A stretch of 64,000 nucleotides of DNA. Source: Leptonemataceae bacterium. GTDB taxonomy: Bacteria; Spirochaetota; Leptospiria; Leptospirales; Leptonemataceae. Below the pieces are notes generated by a model. It worked only from the letters and a program-made list of their open reading frames with translations, did no database searches and had not been told where the DNA came from. Below are positions 60,750 through 64,000 of this stretch, piece by piece; within the stretch, counting starts at the first letter, position 1, and every line of letters starts with the position of its first letter. A program made the translations under genes and the position numbers. The stretch lies in assembly GCA_965227295.1 (NCBI GenBank), contig OZ245742.1:5632001-5696000 (forward strand). The letters are read 5' to 3'.

Positions 60750-62702
60750 TCAGTACCCGTTGTTCGCGTATTGAAACATCGTCACGCCGGTAACAAAGCC
60801 GGGAATGAAGTTATCGTACCCGACAAGCCCGGTCTTCACTTTCACCAGGGCGCCGTGGCCCTGGTACGCGCCGATGTTCGGCGTGTGAATGCAACGTTCG
60901 TTCGACTCACAGAGGGCGTCGTCGTCACCGACAAAGTCGTCTAAGATCTCCGTAGCGCACTTTAAGAACGTTTGCGTGCTGCCGTCGGAGTTCGTGTGCG
61001 TGAGGGCGTCGGCGCCCGTGGGCATGGGGCAACGAGCGCGCAAGAGCGTATCGTCGGAACGCAGGGCGTAGTCGTAAATGCGGCAGGTCCCGCTGGCACA
61101 GGGCGCACGAATGGAGGTATCGATGAGCGACGTGCCGTCGCGGCCCCAGGTGCGATAGATGTGTTCGAAGTCCGTCCAGCCGAAATTTGTAATCGAAGCG
61201 AAGGACTGCGCGCCGCTTGCATCGGCCACGTTGACGCTGTCGTCGGCGGTAAGGCGCCCGACGAAACTGGAGCCGATCTCAGGCCCCACCGTGAACGTCG
61301 CGTCGGATGATCCCTGGTTGCCGCAGCCGTCCTGGAGACCCGAGGACGGACTGCTCACTGAACTGCAATCGGTCGTGGCGTTTTGCCCGACGATCACCTC
61401 GCCGGTGAATCGATTCCCCGTCGCCCCGGTGCCCATGTCGATGCCGATCGCGCCGGTGTTTGCGGCGGCGATGTTGCTGATGGTATTGTTGGTATTCCCA
61501 TCAAAAGAAAAACCGGACGAGACCTGATTGTTCGTCGCCACGGCCGAGACCACGATGTTCTGCGCTCCGGTGCCGGTGTTCAGCCCGTCGCCGCCGGCGT
61601 TGGAGACGGTCATGTTCGTGTAGACGGTATCTTTGAACACGCTGCCGCCGAAGGATACCGACGGACTCGAAGTTACGAGCACCCCGGTGAATACGTTGCT
61701 GATGCCGCCGGTTCCGAGGGCACCCAGGCCCGTCGAGTGGATCACCGAATCACTGACGACGTTGTATGAGCCGTCGTTCGTGTTCACGCCGACGGTTCCG
61801 GGTCTTCCGGCGCGCAGGTAGCGAATGCGATTATTGGAACTGCCGTTACTGAACACGAGGCCGTTGTTCGGTGATCCGGTAATGCGCACATTGTTAACAG
61901 TTACGAAATGCGAGTTATCGAGATCGATGGAGTTGTCGGCGGCGGCGGAGTTCAGGAGGCCGCCTTCGATCCAGGCATAGCGCGCACCGATGACGTCGAT
62001 GAGGTCCACGAAACCACCGGTGCCCAGCAGTTGCGTTCCGGAGCGCATGAGCAACGTAACGTTGTCGTTGGTGATGACGTAGACGTTGGAGGTATCCGCC
62101 GTCATTGCGTAGATGAAACCGGAACTGAGCTCTCCCGCCGCGGCGCCGTTGTTGTCGACGACGATGGGCGTGCTCCACCACACGGACTCCTCGGTTTGCG
62201 CCGGCAGCCAGGTTCCGTACTGAACCGTAATGGAATTCGAACGAAACGTAAGCGAACTATAATCGATGAGATCTTCGAGACCCTTCTCCGGTTGAAATCC
62301 GGCCAGCACGGCCTTGAGGCCTTCCGAAGTAGAGACGCAGCGCCATTGAAAGACGCCGAGGTTGTCGCTGATCTCCACGTCCGTACACGACGGCGGTCCG
62401 CTGATGGAAAACGTGCGCAGAAAGCCCGCGCGGAAGCACTGGTTTTGTGACGGATCACCGCTGCCCGGACAGGCGGCACCCGTGGCGCTGAGGGTGTCGA
62501 CGCCGTCGTTGCGCAGCCAGTCCGCCCAGTTCGCGGCGCCGCTGTACGGCGTCGTTACCGTACCGACGGCGGGCTTGAGTTGCACCAGGAGCAACAGACT
62601 TGCCGGATCGCAGCTGAGGTCGCCGCCGACGCACTCGGAGTCGATGGCCTGGCAGGCGGGGAAGGCCGCCGCAAAGATCGCGATGCAGAACAATGTGCGC
62701 AT
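60750..62702 (-). CDS. Lipoprotein with parallel beta-helix repeats and Cys-rich termini
   Basis: Signal plus Cys (FPAC), N/G/S/T-rich repeats, C-terminal DDDALCESNERCIHTPNIGAYQG. Confidence 0.75.
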   Translation of the reverse strand: MRTLFCIAIFAAAFPACQAIDSECVGGDLSCDPASLLLLVQLKPAVGTVTTPYSGAANWADWLRNDGVDTLSATGAACPGSGDPSQNQCFRAGFLRTFSISGPPSCTDVEISDNLGVFQWRCVSTSEGLKAVLAGFQPEKGLEDLIDYSSLTFRSNSITVQYGTWLPAQTEESVWWSTPIVVDNNGAAAGELSSGFIYAMTADTSNVYVITNDNVTLLMRSGTQLLGTGGFVDLIDVIGARYAWIEGGLLNSAAADNSIDLDNSHFVTVNNVRITGSPNNGLVFSNGSSNNRIRYLRAGRPGTVGVNTNDGSYNVVSDSVIHSTGLGALGTGGISNVFTGVLVTSSPSVSFGGSVFKDTVYTNMTVSNAGGDGLNTGTGAQNIVVSAVATNNQVSSGFSFDGNTNNTISNIAAANTGAIGIDMGTGATGNRFTGEVIVGQNATTDCSSVSSPSSGLQDGCGNQGSSDATFTVGPEIGSSFVGRLTADDSVNVADASGAQSFASITNFGWTDFEHIYRTWGRDGTSLIDTSIRAPCASGTCRIYDYALRSDDTLLRARCPMPTGADALTHTNSDGSTQTFLKCATEILDDFVGDDDALCESNERCIHTPNIGAYQGHGALVKVKTGLVGYDNFIPGFVTGVTMFQYANNGY

Positions 62703-62794
62703 GAGCGATTATCGAACGGCGGGTGAAGTTGTAAAGGGGAATACGCAAGGCCCCGGAACACACTAAGTTCTCTTCTCATGATGTTAGCCCGCAT

Positions 62795-62911
62795 CTTCGC
62801 GTGAGGGATTGAAAGGGTGGCGCGCAGCGCCAGTCCGGAGCGCGAAGCGCGGAGGACCGCAGCGATAGCGGAGCCCTGCCCCCGCGCACCGCGCGGGGGC
62901 CGCCCAAAAAA
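62795..62911. repeat. Multi-hairpin intergenic palindromic element (REP-like), copy 2
   Basis: Same termini as 1466-1584 but different internal hairpins. Confidence 0.8.
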
Positions 62912-62979
62912 CCCCGGTTCGGCTTGACACTCACCCACCCCGCGCAATATTTCCGCATCATTTTCGAACAGGAGCCGGC

Positions 62980-63933
62980 ATGAACGAACCCATTCAGAAC
63001 TTCGATCAGGTCCTCGCAAAAATCAAAGATTACCCCACACAAAGAATATGTGTGGCCTCCGGCATCGACGAACAAACGTTGATCGCCGTTACGGAAGCGC
63101 GGGATCGCGGCATCGCCACTTCGGTGCTGGTCGGCGACGAAAACATTATGCGTGAGAACGCCGAGAAAACCGGCGTGGATCTGAAAGACATCGAGATCAT
63201 CGACGTAAAGGGCGATCCGTCGCTGGCGGCGAAACGCGCGGTACAGGAAGTCAGCGAAGGCCGCGCGCAAATCTACATGAAAGGCTACATCCACTCGGAC
63301 GATTTTTTGCGCACGGTCATCGGCCGGGACGCGGGCCTGCGCACCGAGAACATTCTGAATCACGTGTTCATCCTGGACGCGAAACATCTCGGGCGTTTGT
63401 TGTTCATCACCGACGGCGCCATGAACATCGCGCCGGACCTGGAAGATAAAGCGCGCATCGTGGCGAACACCGTGGCGCTCGCGCAATTGTTTAACATTGA
63501 ACGACCGAAGGTTGCGGTACTCTCGGCCGTCGAAGTCATCAACCCGAAGATCGAGTCCACCCTGGAAGCCGCGGCCCTCGCGAAGATGAGCGATCGCAAT
63601 CAGTTTCACGGCGGCATCGTGGACGGCCCGTTCGCGTTGGACAACGCCATCTCCGAAGAAGCCGCCCGGTACAAAAAGATCGGCGGCGAGGTCGCGGGCA
63701 AGGCCGACATCATTCTCGTGCCGGAGATCATTACCGGAAACGCGCTGGCGAAATCGTTCGCGCACATCGCCGGCGGCCTCAGCGCGGGTCTGCTCTTCGG
63801 CGCAAGCGCCCCGGTGGTCCTGCCCTCGCGCTCGGACCCCATGGAATGCAAACTCATGGGCATCGCCTGCGCGGTTTTTGCCGCGGGCTCCCACGCCGAG
63901 AAGAGAGTGAAGATCGGCAAGGTGCATTTCTAA
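62980..63933 (+). CDS. Phosphate butyryl/acetyltransferase (PTA_PTB family)
   Basis: MKG, TDGAMNIAP, LSAVE, DGPFALDNA, GNALAK, PVVLPSRSD. Confidence 0.92.
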   Translation: MNEPIQNFDQVLAKIKDYPTQRICVASGIDEQTLIAVTEARDRGIATSVLVGDENIMRENAEKTGVDLKDIEIIDVKGDPSLAAKRAVQEVSEGRAQIYMKGYIHSDDFLRTVIGRDAGLRTENILNHVFILDAKHLGRLLFITDGAMNIAPDLEDKARIVANTVALAQLFNIERPKVAVLSAVEVINPKIESTLEAAALAKMSDRNQFHGGIVDGPFALDNAISEEAARYKKIGGEVAGKADIILVPEIITGNALAKSFAHIAGGLSAGLLFGASAPVVLPSRSDPMECKLMGIACAVFAAGSHAEKRVKIGKVHF

Positions 63934-64000
63934 ATGCGAGAAATTCTGGTCGTTAACTGCGGATCGTCCTCACTTAAGGTCGACGTCTTTTCGTACGATC
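63934..64000 (+). CDS. ackA: Acetate kinase, N-terminus (truncated by window end)
   Basis: MREILVVNCGSSSLK immediately after the phosphate acyltransferase stop. Confidence 0.8.
   Translation, partial: MREILVVNCGSSSLKVDVFSYD

Overview
High-GC bacterial chromosomal segment with about 50 genes. Its gene content (LruC-domain lipoprotein, 7TM/jelly-roll sensor-SpoIIE architecture, several Leptospira-type hypotheticals) suggests a Leptospirales-like spirochaete; this is inference. Recognisable housekeeping genes are pdxJ, metH, hslV/hslU, xerC, a phosphate acyltransferase and the start of ackA. No rRNA, tRNA, CRISPR array or transposase was seen. The most striking feature is a non-coding, modular repeat unit of about 390-450 bp at four intergenic loci: two tandem arrays (34932-36859, 59443-60735), a 152-bp inverted solo core upstream of xerC (40786-40937) and a decayed copy (8610-8890). 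The unit has optional ~60-bp hairpin modules, a compensatory base-pair change, a cUUCGg loop on the minus strand and circularly permuted ends. Three smaller palindromic repeat families are also present. Other candidates are a PafB/PafC-like WYL pair outside Actinobacteria, a coupled metallophosphoesterase plus Pol-beta-like nucleotidyltransferase pair, a sensor-TylF-radical SAM-PaaK-like operon and a His-less 7TM pseudokinase. All protein calls rest on motif recognition by eye; no searches were run.
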